From positions 3,744 through 67,743 of the forward strand of contig CAWFVH010000011.1 of NCBI GenBank assembly GCA_963819275.1: a stretch of DNA of 64,000 nt, in the 5' to 3' direction. Each line of letters begins with the position of its first letter. Positions within the stretch are counted from its first letter, which is position 1. A model generated the notes under the pieces. That model was not told the DNA's origin. It searched no databases and was given only the letters and a program-made list of their open reading frames with translations. Of the stretch, positions 18,211-29,954 are shown one piece after another. The translations under genes and the position numbers were made by a program. The DNA is from an uncultured Actinomycetes bacterium. GTDB lineage: Bacteria > Actinomycetota > Thermoleophilia > Gaiellales > Gaiellaceae.

Positions 18211-18933
18211 ATGGCCGGAGAACGCACCAAGCTCATCGTCGTACAGCGCGAAGGTCTCGGCTCGGCCGAGTCGCGCCGCCTGCGCAAGGAGGGGCTGATT
18301 CCCGGCGTCCTCTACGGCAACGGCGAGCCGGTCGCGATCTCCATCGCCGAGCGTGAGCTGCGTCGCGCGCTCACAGGTGCCTCCGGACTGCACTCGATTC
18401 TCGACGTCGAGATCGACGGCAAGGGCGAGACGCACGCGTCGATCCTCAAGGAGTACCAGGTCGATCCCGTGCGGGGCGGCGTCACGCACGTCGACCTGCA
18501 GGAGGTGCGGCTCGATCAGACGATCCAGGCTGCGGTTTCCGTCCAGCTCCACGGCGGGGACGACGCACCGGGCGTGCGCGAAGGCGGTGTCCTCTCCCAG
18601 CCGTTGCGCGAGATCAGGGTCGAAGCGCTGCCGCTCGAGATGCCGGAGCACATCGACCTCGACGTTTCGGGCATGGAGATCGGCGGGACGCTGCGCATCT
18701 CCGACCTCACCGCGCCGGAAGGCGCCACGCTGCTCGACGATCCCGAGATGGTCGTCGCCACCGTCACCGCTCCGACGAAGGTCGTCGAGCCCGAGCCCAC
18801 CGAGGAGGAGCTCGCTGCGCTGGAGGCCGAGGGCGGCGAGGCGGCGGAGGGCGAGGAGGCTGCCGAGGGCGAGGCCGCAGAGGGTGCGGCCGAGTCCGAG
18901 GCTTCCGGCGGCGAAGGCGACTCCGAGGCCTAG
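18211..18933 (+). CDS. rplY: 50S ribosomal protein L25/general stress protein Ctc
   Basis: 240 aa from ATG 18211. L25/Ctc core (RKEGLIPGVLYG...VTHVDLQEV) with a long acidic E/A/G tail. Confidence 0.9.
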   Translation: MAGERTKLIVVQREGLGSAESRRLRKEGLIPGVLYGNGEPVAISIAERELRRALTGASGLHSILDVEIDGKGETHASILKEYQVDPVRGGVTHVDLQEVRLDQTIQAAVSVQLHGGDDAPGVREGGVLSQPLREIRVEALPLEMPEHIDLDVSGMEIGGTLRISDLTAPEGATLLDDPEMVVATVTAPTKVVEPEPTEEELAALEAEGGEAAEGEEAAEGEAAEGAAESEASGGEGDSEA

Positions 18934-19494
18934 TTGCACCTCGTCGTCGGTCTGGGGAACCCGGGCCGAGAGCACGCTCGGAACCGTCACAACGCGGGCT
19001 GGATGGTCGTGGAAGAGCTCGCGCGGCGGCACGGCGGGTCGTGGCGCGGGAAGTTCGCCGGCCAGATGGCAGAAGTGCGCGTCGGTGACGAGCGGCTCGC
19101 TCTGCTCAAGCCCGAGACCTACATGAACGATTCGGGCCGCTCGGTTGGCCCGGCGGCGGCGTTCTTCAAGCTCGAGCCGAGCGAGGTTCTCGTCGTGCAC
19201 GACGAGGGCGACTTCGACCTGGGCCGCCTGGAGCTCAAGGTGGGAGGAGGGCTCGCCGGCCACAACGGCCTGCGCTCGATCGCCCAGCAGCTGGGCACCC
19301 AGGACTTCCTGCGCCTGCGCATCGGCGTCGGCCGCCCGGAACGGGGTGATCCGCGGCCGCTCGCCGACTGGGTGCTCGCCGACTTCCAGTCGCACGAGGA
19401 TCCCGGGGCGCTCGTCGGGCGTGCGGCGGATGCCGTCGAGACGCTGCTCGCAGAGGGCGTCGAGCGCGCCCAGCTCGAGATCAACCGGCGCTAG
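18934..19494 (+). CDS. pth: aminoacyl-tRNA hydrolase (peptidyl-tRNA hydrolase)
   Basis: 186 aa with motifs LVVGLGNPG...RHNAG and GLAGHNGLRS. TTG start directly after the rplY stop. Confidence 0.9.
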   Translation: MHLVVGLGNPGREHARNRHNAGWMVVEELARRHGGSWRGKFAGQMAEVRVGDERLALLKPETYMNDSGRSVGPAAAFFKLEPSEVLVVHDEGDFDLGRLELKVGGGLAGHNGLRSIAQQLGTQDFLRLRIGVGRPERGDPRPLADWVLADFQSHEDPGALVGRAADAVETLLAEGVERAQLEINRR

Positions 19495-19979
19495 CCGCGC
19501 TCACGCAGGGCGGCGTGCGCACCGGGCTGCAGGTCGAGACCCGAGGCAACTCGCTGCAGCAGCTCGAGCAGCTGCTCGAGCTCCGTCTCGCTCAGCGGCT
19601 CGGTCACTTGCCCGTCGAACTGCCGGGCTCCGCGTTCCGCCTGTCGCAGCAGCTTCGTGCCGGCGGCCGTCAGATGCAGGGTGCGGACGCGCCGGTCGCG
19701 CTCGTGGGGCCTGCGCTCGAGCAGCTCGCGTCGTTCGAGATCGTCGACGACGGCGACCATCCAGCTGGGGGAGATGTGGAGCCGCTCGGCGAGCGCGTTC
19801 TGCGGCGCGCCGTCGCTTGCGGAGACCGCGCGCAGGAGCGCGAACTCGCCGGGCTCGAGCTCCAGCGGCCGCAGGATCTCGTGAAAGCGCCGCGAGACCG
19901 CGTAGCCGAGGCTCGAGAGCAGGAAGGCGACACTCCGGAACGGAGGTGTCGGGTCGGTTACAGGCTTGCGCGACGCCAT
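19491..19979 (-). CDS. MarR family transcriptional regulator
   Basis: 162 aa with a winged-HTH pattern (FALLRAVSASDGAPQNALAERLHISPSWMVAVVDDLERRELLERRPHERDRR). Divergent from the MMPL gene. Confidence 0.85.
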   Translation of the reverse strand: MASRKPVTDPTPPFRSVAFLLSSLGYAVSRRFHEILRPLELEPGEFALLRAVSASDGAPQNALAERLHISPSWMVAVVDDLERRELLERRPHERDRRVRTLHLTAAGTKLLRQAERGARQFDGQVTEPLSETELEQLLELLQRVASGLDLQPGAHAALRERG

Positions 19980-20053
19980 GCGCGTATGATACAGCTACCG
20001 AACAGTTCAGTTACCGAATGGTTCATCGAGAAGCGAACGAAACAGGGGTTGGG

Positions 20054-22228
20054 ATGACTGGGGATGGCATGACACAGGCGGATTCGACTTTGCTCGGCAG
20101 ACTCGCTCTTCTGGTGGCCCGAAACCGCTGGAAGGTCATCGCCATCTGGATCGTCCTCACGCTCTTCGGCGCGTTCGCGGCCGGCCAGGTGCACAAGCGC
20201 TGGTACCAGAGCTTCTCGATTCCGGGCAAGTCCGCCTACGAGGCGAATCAGCGCACGCTGAAGGCGTTCGGCACGGGCGTGCGCCCGCCGGACGTCGTCG
20301 TCTTCCACACGTCCGGTGATGCGACGAAGAGCACTGCGATCGCGGCAGCGATGCAGCGCGCCGGCGCGTCCCAGCCGGGCTCGCGGACGAGCTCGTATTT
20401 CTCGACGCACAACCCGATGTACGTCTCGCAGGACCGGCACACGACCTTCGAGGAGCTCTATCCGCCGGGGCCGGCGACGTTCTCCACCACGAGCGAGGCC
20501 ACCAAGGTCCGCGCCGCTGCCGCCCGCGGGCTGCCCGCCGGGATCCAGGTCCAGGTGACGGGACACGACCCGCTCGAGGAGGCGAGCTCGCACGGCGGCG
20601 GGGGCAGCAACAGCATCCTCCTCGAGGCCGTGGTCGGTGCGCTCGGAGCGATCGTGATCCTCCTCTTCGTCTTCGGCACGCTGCCGGCCGTTCTGATGCC
20701 GATCGCTGTCGCCGCGGCGGCGATCCTCAACACGTTCACGCTCGTCTGGGCGCTCACGTACATCACGAACGTGTCGATCATCGTGCAGTTCCTGATCGCG
20801 CTGGTCGGCCTCGGCGTCGCGATCGACTACTCGCTGCTCATGATCTTCCGCTACCGCGACGAGCTGCGCGAAGGCAAGGACGTCGAGACGGCTCTCGTCG
20901 AGACGATGACCCACGCGGGACGGTCGGTGATCGTCTCCGGCTCGACCGTCGCCGTCGGCCTGCTGTCCATGATCATCCTGCCGCTGCCGTTCATCCGCTC
21001 GATCGGGATCGGCGGCATGCTGATTCCGGCCGTCTCGGTGGTCGCCGCGATCACGCTGATGCCCGCGCTGCTCGCGGTGCTGGGCGAACGGATCAACAGC
21101 CTGCGCGTGATGCCGAAGCGGTTTGCCGACGAGGGGCACCCCGAGGACGGCGCCTGGGGACGCTGGGCGCGCTTCGTCCTGCGGCGCCCGTGGCCCGTCG
21201 CGGCTCTCGGGATCACGATCGTGACCGTCCTGGTCGTGATCGGCCTGCAGCTGAACCCGAACGAGTCCCAGCTGAAGAACTTCCCCGGTACCGGTACCGC
21301 CATCGCGGGCCGGGCGATGCTGGCCGACGCCGGCATCTCGCCCGGCGTGATGAAGCCGTTCGTGACCCTCGTCGAGGACGGCGGGAATGCGCAAGCCGTG
21401 GCCGCTCAGGAGCGCCGCGAACCCGGGATCGTGGGCGCGACGGTGCCGCCCGGTCCGGGCTGGCATCGTGGCCAGGACACGCTCGTCGAGGCGTTCCCCG
21501 CCATCGACGGCGCGGCGCCCGGGATCGGCGGCGTCATCAACAGCGTCGACGACGTCCTGGCGGGGACGAACGCGACGCTCGGCGGCGTGCCGGCGCAGGA
21601 CCGCGACTTCGTGCACGCGATCTACGACAACTTCCCGTACCTGCTCGCGTTCGTGCTGATCCTGACGCTCGTGCTACTCACGCGGGCGTTCCGCTCGATC
21701 GTGCTGCCGATCAAGGCCGTGATCCTCAACCTGGCTTCGCTCGGCGCGGCGTTCGGGATCGTCGTCCTCATCTTCCAGGAGGGCCACGGCTCGTCGCTCT
21801 GGAACATCACGGCGACGCAGGCGATCACCGCCTGGATCCCGTTGATGATCTTCGCGTTCCTGTTCGGCCTCTCGATGGACTACGAGGTCTTCATGCTCTC
21901 GCGGATGCGCGAGGCGTACGACGAGACCGGCTCGACGCCGCGCGCGATCGAGCTCGGTCTCGCGCGGACCGGGAAGCTCGTCACGAGCGCTGCGCTCATC
22001 CTGATGTTCGCGTTCCTCGTCCTCTCCTCGAGCCCGGGCTTCGAGATCAAGGAGTTCGCGATCGGACTCGCCGCCGGAATCATCTTCGACGCGACCGTGA
22101 TCCGGGCCCTGCTCGTGCCGGCGCTGATGACGTTGCTCGGGGACGCGAACTGGTGGCTGCCGCACTGGACGCGCCGGGTTCTCTTCATCGGGGAAGAGCA
22201 GGCGCACTCGCCGGCGCTAGAGAGCTGA
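20054..22228 (+). CDS. MMPL/RND-superfamily membrane transporter
   Basis: About 724 aa from ATG 20054 (alternatives 20018, 20069). Two 6-TM bundles with MMPL motifs (GVAIDYSLLMIFRYRDE; GLSMDYEVFMLSRMREA). The 5' 300 codons of the listed ORF overlap pth and marR and are rejected. Confidence 0.85.
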   Translation: MTGDGMTQADSTLLGRLALLVARNRWKVIAIWIVLTLFGAFAAGQVHKRWYQSFSIPGKSAYEANQRTLKAFGTGVRPPDVVVFHTSGDATKSTAIAAAMQRAGASQPGSRTSSYFSTHNPMYVSQDRHTTFEELYPPGPATFSTTSEATKVRAAAARGLPAGIQVQVTGHDPLEEASSHGGGGSNSILLEAVVGALGAIVILLFVFGTLPAVLMPIAVAAAAILNTFTLVWALTYITNVSIIVQFLIALVGLGVAIDYSLLMIFRYRDELREGKDVETALVETMTHAGRSVIVSGSTVAVGLLSMIILPLPFIRSIGIGGMLIPAVSVVAAITLMPALLAVLGERINSLRVMPKRFADEGHPEDGAWGRWARFVLRRPWPVAALGITIVTVLVVIGLQLNPNESQLKNFPGTGTAIAGRAMLADAGISPGVMKPFVTLVEDGGNAQAVAAQERREPGIVGATVPPGPGWHRGQDTLVEAFPAIDGAAPGIGGVINSVDDVLAGTNATLGGVPAQDRDFVHAIYDNFPYLLAFVLILTLVLLTRAFRSIVLPIKAVILNLASLGAAFGIVVLIFQEGHGSSLWNITATQAITAWIPLMIFAFLFGLSMDYEVFMLSRMREAYDETGSTPRAIELGLARTGKLVTSAALILMFAFLVLSSSPGFEIKEFAIGLAAGIIFDATVIRALLVPALMTLLGDANWWLPHWTRRVLFIGEEQAHSPALES

Positions 22229-23453
22229 CCTCGGCGGACTCGCGCCGTCGCACCCTGCGCACCTCCGGCACGAGCCCGAGCACGAGGAGGTTTGGCACGC
22301 ACATGAGCGTCCCGGCGATGACGAGGGTCGCGTCCATGCCGATCGCCTCGGAGATCGGCCCCGCCAGCGCCTGACCCGCAGGCATCAGGCACAGCGAGAG
22401 CAGCAGGTCGATCGAGGCCACCCTGGCCAGCCGGCCGGGCTCGACTTCCTGCTGCATCGCCGTTTCCAGCAGCGTGTTTCCCACGAGGATCGACCCGCCG
22501 AAGAGCAGCGCGGTGGCCATCACCACCGGTAGCGGGAACGGCTTGACGAGCGCAAAGGGCGGCAGCGCGCACAGCGACCAGATCGCGAAAGCCATGGCCA
22601 CCGGGTGGCTGGGGCGGATCCGGTACGCGATGAAGCCGCCCAGCACGCCACCGAGCGCAGCAGCTCCCACGATCAGGCCCCACGCCGGAGCGCCGCCGAG
22701 ATGGTGGATGGCGACGAGCGATCCCACGACGATGTAGAGGCCGACCCCGAAGTTGCCCACCGCGTACCCGGCGAACCCGGCAGTGAGCCAGCGCAGGCGC
22801 CGGACCTCCCGCCAGCCGTCGGCCAGATCGCCCCAGAAGCGGTGCGCAGCCGGGCGCGCGTAGGGCGCGACGCTCATCGCCGCGACGAAGATCACGCTGA
22901 CGAGGAAGCTCGCTGCGTCGACCGTGAAGACCCAACCCGCGCCCGCGACCGCGACGATCGCACCCGAGAGGGCAGGCCCGAAGACGTTTGTCGCGCTCCT
23001 GGGCAGGGAGATCAGGGCGTTCGCCTGCTGCAGACGGTCGGAGCTCACGGTCTGCGGGATGAGCGCCTTCGACGCCGGGTTGAAGAGGCCGGCCGCCGCT
23101 CCGGCGAGCAGTTGCAGCACCGCGAGCTGCCAGACGTGCGCGGTTCCGCGGAAGAGGAGCACGGCGGTCACGCTCTGCGTCGTGAGGCGGACGAGGTCGG
23201 CGAAGATCATCACCGCGCGCCGCGGCAGCCGGTCGGCCCAGACGCCGCCCGCGAGCGTTACCGAGGCGCCGCCGATCGTGTAGCAGGCGAGGACGATTCC
23301 AACGCCCGTCGCGCCGCCGTTCAGGTCATGGGACACCGCCCAGATGAGGGCGACGGGAATGAGCGAGTCGCCGATCGCCGAGCCCGTCCGCCCGAGCCAG
23401 AGCAGCCTGAACTGCCGTTCCTTCAGCGGTCCGAAGCGCCCGACCCCTCGCAC
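22185..23453 (-). CDS. MFS transporter
   Basis: 422 aa, about 12 TM helices and an MFS loop motif (GVWADRLPRR). The 3' end overlaps the convergent MMPL gene by 44 nt. Confidence 0.85.
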   Translation of the reverse strand: MRGVGRFGPLKERQFRLLWLGRTGSAIGDSLIPVALIWAVSHDLNGGATGVGIVLACYTIGGASVTLAGGVWADRLPRRAVMIFADLVRLTTQSVTAVLLFRGTAHVWQLAVLQLLAGAAAGLFNPASKALIPQTVSSDRLQQANALISLPRSATNVFGPALSGAIVAVAGAGWVFTVDAASFLVSVIFVAAMSVAPYARPAAHRFWGDLADGWREVRRLRWLTAGFAGYAVGNFGVGLYIVVGSLVAIHHLGGAPAWGLIVGAAALGGVLGGFIAYRIRPSHPVAMAFAIWSLCALPPFALVKPFPLPVVMATALLFGGSILVGNTLLETAMQQEVEPGRLARVASIDLLLSLCLMPAGQALAGPISEAIGMDATLVIAGTLMCVPNLLVLGLVPEVRRVRRRESAEVSSLAPASAPALPR

Positions 23454-23526
23454 GTCTTCGAAATGTACGCCTCGCGGACTCTCGTTACCATCGAGTCACG
23501 CGGAACCGCCGGTTCCGCCTTTCGTC

Positions 23527-26500
23527 ATGGACCGTCCGGTACTTCACGCGTTCGTCCAGGAGCTCGTCGAGCACGAGCGCCTCGTCGCGCTCGCAGACGC
23601 GCTCCCGACGCGTGCCCGCGTGTCGGAGTCGGCGCTGCCGCTCTTGCTCGCCTCGCTTCACGCGCGCCTCGAGCGAGGCTTCGTCGTTCTTCTTCCGGAG
23701 GACGCAGACGCCCGCGACGCAGCCGAGAGCGCGGCATGGTTCCTCGGCGACGAGGTGGTCGGCTTGCTGCCGAGCCGCGGCGTCACCTGGGAGTCTGGAC
23801 TCGCACCGCCGCCGCACCTAGTCGGCGAGCGGGCGCGCGCGCTCCACGTGCTCGCGCGCGGCGGGCTCGTCTGCGCGTCGGCGAGAGCGCTGGCGGAAGG
23901 CCTGCCGCCGGCCGAGGCGCGCCCGGAGCCGATCGAGCTGCGGCCGAGCCTCGAGCCCGGCGTCGACGGGTTGGGAGAGTCGCTCGCACTCGCGGGCTAT
24001 GAGCGCTTCGACCGCGTCGACGACCGCGGCCAGTTCGCGGTGCGCGGCGGCATCGTCGACGTCTTCCCGACCACCGGCCGGGAGCCGCTGCGCGTCGAGT
24101 TCTTCGGCGACGAGATCGAATCGGTGCGCGCCTTCTCGCCGTTCACGCAGCGTGCGCTCCACCCGGTCGCCGAGGCGACCCTCTATCCGGCGACCGAGCG
24201 CCGATCGGACACTGTCGAACTTAGTAACAGTCTGTTGCTTGGCGAGGAGGGGGAGGAGTCGGTCGAGCGGGTGCCGGATGACCTCGTCCCGCCGCTCGAC
24301 CGCTCGCCCGACTTCGTCTTCCAGCCCGACGACGTGCGCCGCGTCTGGGAGGAGGACGGCGTCCGCGAGCCGCCCTCGCTCGCCGGCTCGACCGAGCTCG
24401 ATCCGTTCCCGCAGGCGCAGCCCTTCTCGTTCGAGGCGCAGCGGCCCGCAATCGCCGCCCGCGGGCTCGCGGAGGCGGAGAGCGAGCTCGCGGCGCTTCT
24501 TCGCTCGGGGCAGCGCATCGTCGTCGCGTTCCCTCATCGCGGCGAGGCGCTGCGGACGCAGAACCTCCTTCGCCGGGTCGAGGCGCGAGTGCTCGAGCCC
24601 GGAGACGAGCTGCCCGACGAGCCCGAGCTGCTGTTCGCGGTGGCGCCGGCGCGACGTGGCTTCGTCTGGCGGGATCTGGGTCTCGTCCTCCTCCCCGACC
24701 ACCAGGTCTTCCGGCGCCGGGTGCCGCGCGAGCGCCGCCTCGGCGGTCGGGCGCTGCAGTCGTTCGCCGATCTGCGCACCGGGGACTACGTCGTGCACGA
24801 GGATCACGGCGTCGGGCGCCTGCTCGGGTTCGAGACGAACACGGTCGCCGGCATCACTCGCGACTACCTATTGCTCGCCTTCCGCGGCGAGGACCGCCTC
24901 TACGTCCCGCACGAGCAGCTCGGCAAGGTCTCGCGCTACGTCGGCGCCGACGCATCCGCGCCGGCGCTTTCGAAGCTTGGCGGCAAGGCGTGGCAGACGC
25001 TCAAGTCGCGCGCCCGTGAGTCCGTCCACGAGCTCGCCGGCGACCTGATCCAGCTCTACGCGCAGCGCCAGACGCGCGAGGGAATCGCGTACGACCTCTC
25101 GAGCGAGTGGCTGCCGCAGCTCGAGGCGAGCTTCCCCTATCGCGAGACGCCCGATCAGGAGGGCGCGATCGAGGCGGTCATGGAGGATCTCGAAGCACCG
25201 CGGCCGATGGACCGGCTCGTCTGCGGCGACGTCGGCTTCGGCAAGACCGAGGTCGCGGTGCGCGCCGCGTTCGCCGTCGCGGTGAACGGCCGGCAGGTGC
25301 TGCTGCTCGCGCCGACCACGATCCTCGCCGAGCAGCACTACAACACGTTCCGCGAGCGCTTCCGCGACTTCCCGGTGCAGGTCGAGATGGTGTCGCGCTT
25401 CGTGTCGCCGAAGGAGACGAAGCGGATCCTCGCCGACTTCGCCACCGGCAAGGTCGACGTCCTCATCGGCACGCACCGGGTTCTCAGCCGCGATGTCATC
25501 CCGAAGGAGCTCGGGCTCGTCGTTCTCGACGAGGAGCAGCGATTCGGCGTTGCGCAGAAGGAGCTGCTCAAGTCGCTGCGGCTCGAGGTCGACGTGCTCA
25601 CGCTCAGCGCGACGCCGATCCCTCGCACCCTGCACCTCTCGCTCGCGGGCATGCGCGACATCTCGATCATCGAGACGCCGCCCGAAGGGCGCCGGCCGAT
25701 CCGCACGACCGTGGGCGAGTACGACGAGGAGCTCGTGAAGCTTGCACTCGAGCGCGAGGGCGAGCGCGAGGGCCAGGCGTTCTTCCTCCACAACCGGGTC
25801 GAGACGATCGAGGAGCGCGCCGAGCAGTTGCAGCAGCTCTGCCCGGGGCTTCGCTTCCTCGTCGCGCACGGCCAGATGCGCGAGAAGGAGCTCGAGGAGC
25901 GGATGCACTCGTTCCTGCGCGGCGACGCCGACGTGCTCGTCTCGACCACGATCATCGAGTCGGGAATCGACATCCCGCAGGCGAACACGCTGATCGTCGA
26001 GCGCGCCGACATGCTCGGGCTCGCCCAGCTCTACCAGATCCGCGGCCGGGTGGGCCGCTCCGACGCCACCTCGTTCGCGTACCTCTTCTATCCCGACGCC
26101 CACGAGCTGACCCCGGAGGCACGGGCGCGGCTCTCGACGCTCGCCGACCACACGGAGCTCGGCGCCGGGTTCGCGATCGCGATGCGCGACCTCGAGATCC
26201 GCGGCGCGGGGGAGCTGCTCGGCGGGGAGCAGTCGGGTCACGTCGCCGCCGTCGGGTTCGAGCTCTACGTCGAGCTCCTGAACGAGGCCGTCGCCGAGCT
26301 GCAGGGACAGAAGCGAACGGCGGCCCGGCCTGTGCGCGTGGACGCGCGAGTCGACGCCTACGTCCCGGCCGCCTACGTCGACTCGGAGGCGCTCCGCATC
26401 GACGTCCACCGCCGGCTCGCGCTCGCCGAAACCGAGGACGAGCTGCGTGAGCTGCAGGCGGCGCTCGAGGATCGGTATGGGCCGCTGCCCGAGCCCGTCG

Positions 26501-26754
26501 AGAACCTCTTCCTGATCCAGGAGGCGAAGATCAAGGTCGCCGTCCTCGGCGCCGACTATCTGATCTTCCAGGGCGGGAGGTCCACGGTCGGTCGGCTCGT
26601 GCTCGGCTCGGGCGAGCTGCGCGAGCTCCGGGACCGCGCGAAAACCGCCGTCTATGTCTCGTCTAAGCAGGAAGTAAGCATTCGCGGGCAGGAGCAAATA
26701 GCCCAAGCGGTTCAGTTGGTCGATGCTATCTTGGACGCGCGCCGAGCAGCCTGA
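23527..26754 (+). CDS. mfd: transcription-repair coupling factor
   Basis: 1075 aa from ATG 23527. UvrB-homology N-terminus, RNAP-interaction domain, superfamily-2 helicase motifs (GDVGFGKTEVA, DEEQRFG) and a TRCF C-terminus. Confidence 0.95.
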   Translation: MDRPVLHAFVQELVEHERLVALADALPTRARVSESALPLLLASLHARLERGFVVLLPEDADARDAAESAAWFLGDEVVGLLPSRGVTWESGLAPPPHLVGERARALHVLARGGLVCASARALAEGLPPAEARPEPIELRPSLEPGVDGLGESLALAGYERFDRVDDRGQFAVRGGIVDVFPTTGREPLRVEFFGDEIESVRAFSPFTQRALHPVAEATLYPATERRSDTVELSNSLLLGEEGEESVERVPDDLVPPLDRSPDFVFQPDDVRRVWEEDGVREPPSLAGSTELDPFPQAQPFSFEAQRPAIAARGLAEAESELAALLRSGQRIVVAFPHRGEALRTQNLLRRVEARVLEPGDELPDEPELLFAVAPARRGFVWRDLGLVLLPDHQVFRRRVPRERRLGGRALQSFADLRTGDYVVHEDHGVGRLLGFETNTVAGITRDYLLLAFRGEDRLYVPHEQLGKVSRYVGADASAPALSKLGGKAWQTLKSRARESVHELAGDLIQLYAQRQTREGIAYDLSSEWLPQLEASFPYRETPDQEGAIEAVMEDLEAPRPMDRLVCGDVGFGKTEVAVRAAFAVAVNGRQVLLLAPTTILAEQHYNTFRERFRDFPVQVEMVSRFVSPKETKRILADFATGKVDVLIGTHRVLSRDVIPKELGLVVLDEEQRFGVAQKELLKSLRLEVDVLTLSATPIPRTLHLSLAGMRDISIIETPPEGRRPIRTTVGEYDEELVKLALEREGEREGQAFFLHNRVETIEERAEQLQQLCPGLRFLVAHGQMREKELEERMHSFLRGDADVLVSTTIIESGIDIPQANTLIVERADMLGLAQLYQIRGRVGRSDATSFAYLFYPDAHELTPEARARLSTLADHTELGAGFAIAMRDLEIRGAGELLGGEQSGHVAAVGFELYVELLNEAVAELQGQKRTAARPVRVDARVDAYVPAAYVDSEALRIDVHRRLALAETEDELRELQAALEDRYGPLPEPVENLFLIQEAKIKVAVLGADYLIFQGGRSTVGRLVLGSGELRELRDRAKTAVYVSSKQEVSIRGQEQIAQAVQLVDAILDARRAA

Positions 26755-26800
26755 GACCACCTCTCGCGCCGGCGCTTTCCCGCGACATCTACCTCACTGG

Positions 26801-27850
26801 ATGGAAATGAAGACTCGTCTGCCTCTCCTGCTCGTGACTCTCGCGCTCGTCGCTCTTCTCGCCGCCTGCGGCGGAGGCAGCGGAAGCGGCAATGTGCCAA
26901 ACGACTCGATTGCCTCGGTCGGCTCCACGTCGGTCACGAAGGCGAACTTCACGTCGCTGATGGCCGTCGCGTGCGCGCGCTACAAGGCTCAGGGCCAGGC
27001 GTGCCCGAAGGTCGGAACCGATACGTACACGCAGCTTCGCGACCAGGCGGTCACCTTCCTCGTGCAGCAGGAGGAGCTCGGCCAGGAGGCCCAGAAGCTC
27101 GGCGTCTCGGTGACGCAGAAGGACATCGACAAGCAGGTCGAGCAGATCCAGAAGACGTACTACAAAGGCAGCAAGGCGAAGTTCCTCGCCGCGTTGAAGA
27201 AGGACGACATCACGCTCGCCCAGCTCGAGCAGTACAACTTGCGGCCGAACCTCCTCAGCTCGAAGCTGCAGTCGAAGGTGACGTCCAACGTCCAGGTCTC
27301 CGACGCCGCGGCTCAGAAGTACTACAACGACAACAAGACGTCGTTCACGACGCCCAAGACGCGCGAGGTGCGGCACATCCTCGTCAAGAACAAGGCCCTC
27401 GCCGAGAAGCTCGAGAAGGAGCTGAAGAACGGCGCGAGCTTCGCCACGCTGGCGAAGAAGTATTCGAAGGACACCGGCTCGGCTGCTCAGGGCGGCAAGC
27501 TCTGCGTCGCGCACGGCGGGACGAGCGGGGCGTGCTCGCAGACGGTTGCGCCGTTCGACAAGGCTGCATTCGGTCTCAAGACGAACGAGCTCTCGCTGGT
27601 GCACAGCGTCTACGGCTGGCACGTGATCCAGCCGATCGGCGCGGTCAAGCCGGCCCAGACGCAGACGTTCCCGCAGGTCGACGCGCAGATCAAGGCGAAC
27701 CTCGAGTCGCAGCAGAAGCAGACGGCGTGGACGGCGTGGCTCGCGAAGATGGCGAGCGACTTCAAGAACAAGGTTTCGTACCAGACGGGCTACACCCCGG
27801 CGACGACCACGACGTCGACCGGGACCACGCCCGCGACCACCACCGGCTGA
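26801..27850 (+). CDS. peptidyl-prolyl isomerase lipoprotein (PrsA/SurA-like parvulin)
   Basis: Lipobox LVALLAAC at the N-terminus. SurA-like helical region, parvulin core (VRHILVK...GWHVIQ) and a Thr/Pro-rich tail. Confidence 0.8.
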   Translation: MEMKTRLPLLLVTLALVALLAACGGGSGSGNVPNDSIASVGSTSVTKANFTSLMAVACARYKAQGQACPKVGTDTYTQLRDQAVTFLVQQEELGQEAQKLGVSVTQKDIDKQVEQIQKTYYKGSKAKFLAALKKDDITLAQLEQYNLRPNLLSSKLQSKVTSNVQVSDAAAQKYYNDNKTSFTTPKTREVRHILVKNKALAEKLEKELKNGASFATLAKKYSKDTGSAAQGGKLCVAHGGTSGACSQTVAPFDKAAFGLKTNELSLVHSVYGWHVIQPIGAVKPAQTQTFPQVDAQIKANLESQQKQTAWTAWLAKMASDFKNKVSYQTGYTPATTTTSTGTTPATTTG

Positions 27851-29941
<2,091 letters not shown>

Positions 29942-29954
29942 TACCCTGAGACGG

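Noticed and set aside
19145-20053. 5' 300 codons of the 1027-aa ORF containing the MMPL gene
   Set aside because: This part overlaps pth (same strand, other frame) and marR (antisense) and is Arg/Ala/Ser-rich. The MMPL homology starts only after ATG 20054.
26801-27850. Visibly lower GC and Lys-rich composition of the PPIase lipoprotein gene (and of the S1 protease gene 60404-61201) as a sign of horizontal transfer
   Set aside because: Both genes encode secreted proteins, whose amino-acid composition (K, T, N, S) lowers GC. Third codon positions remain G/C-biased. The PPIase sits in the conserved mfd-mazG-eno neighbourhood, and no mobility genes are nearby.
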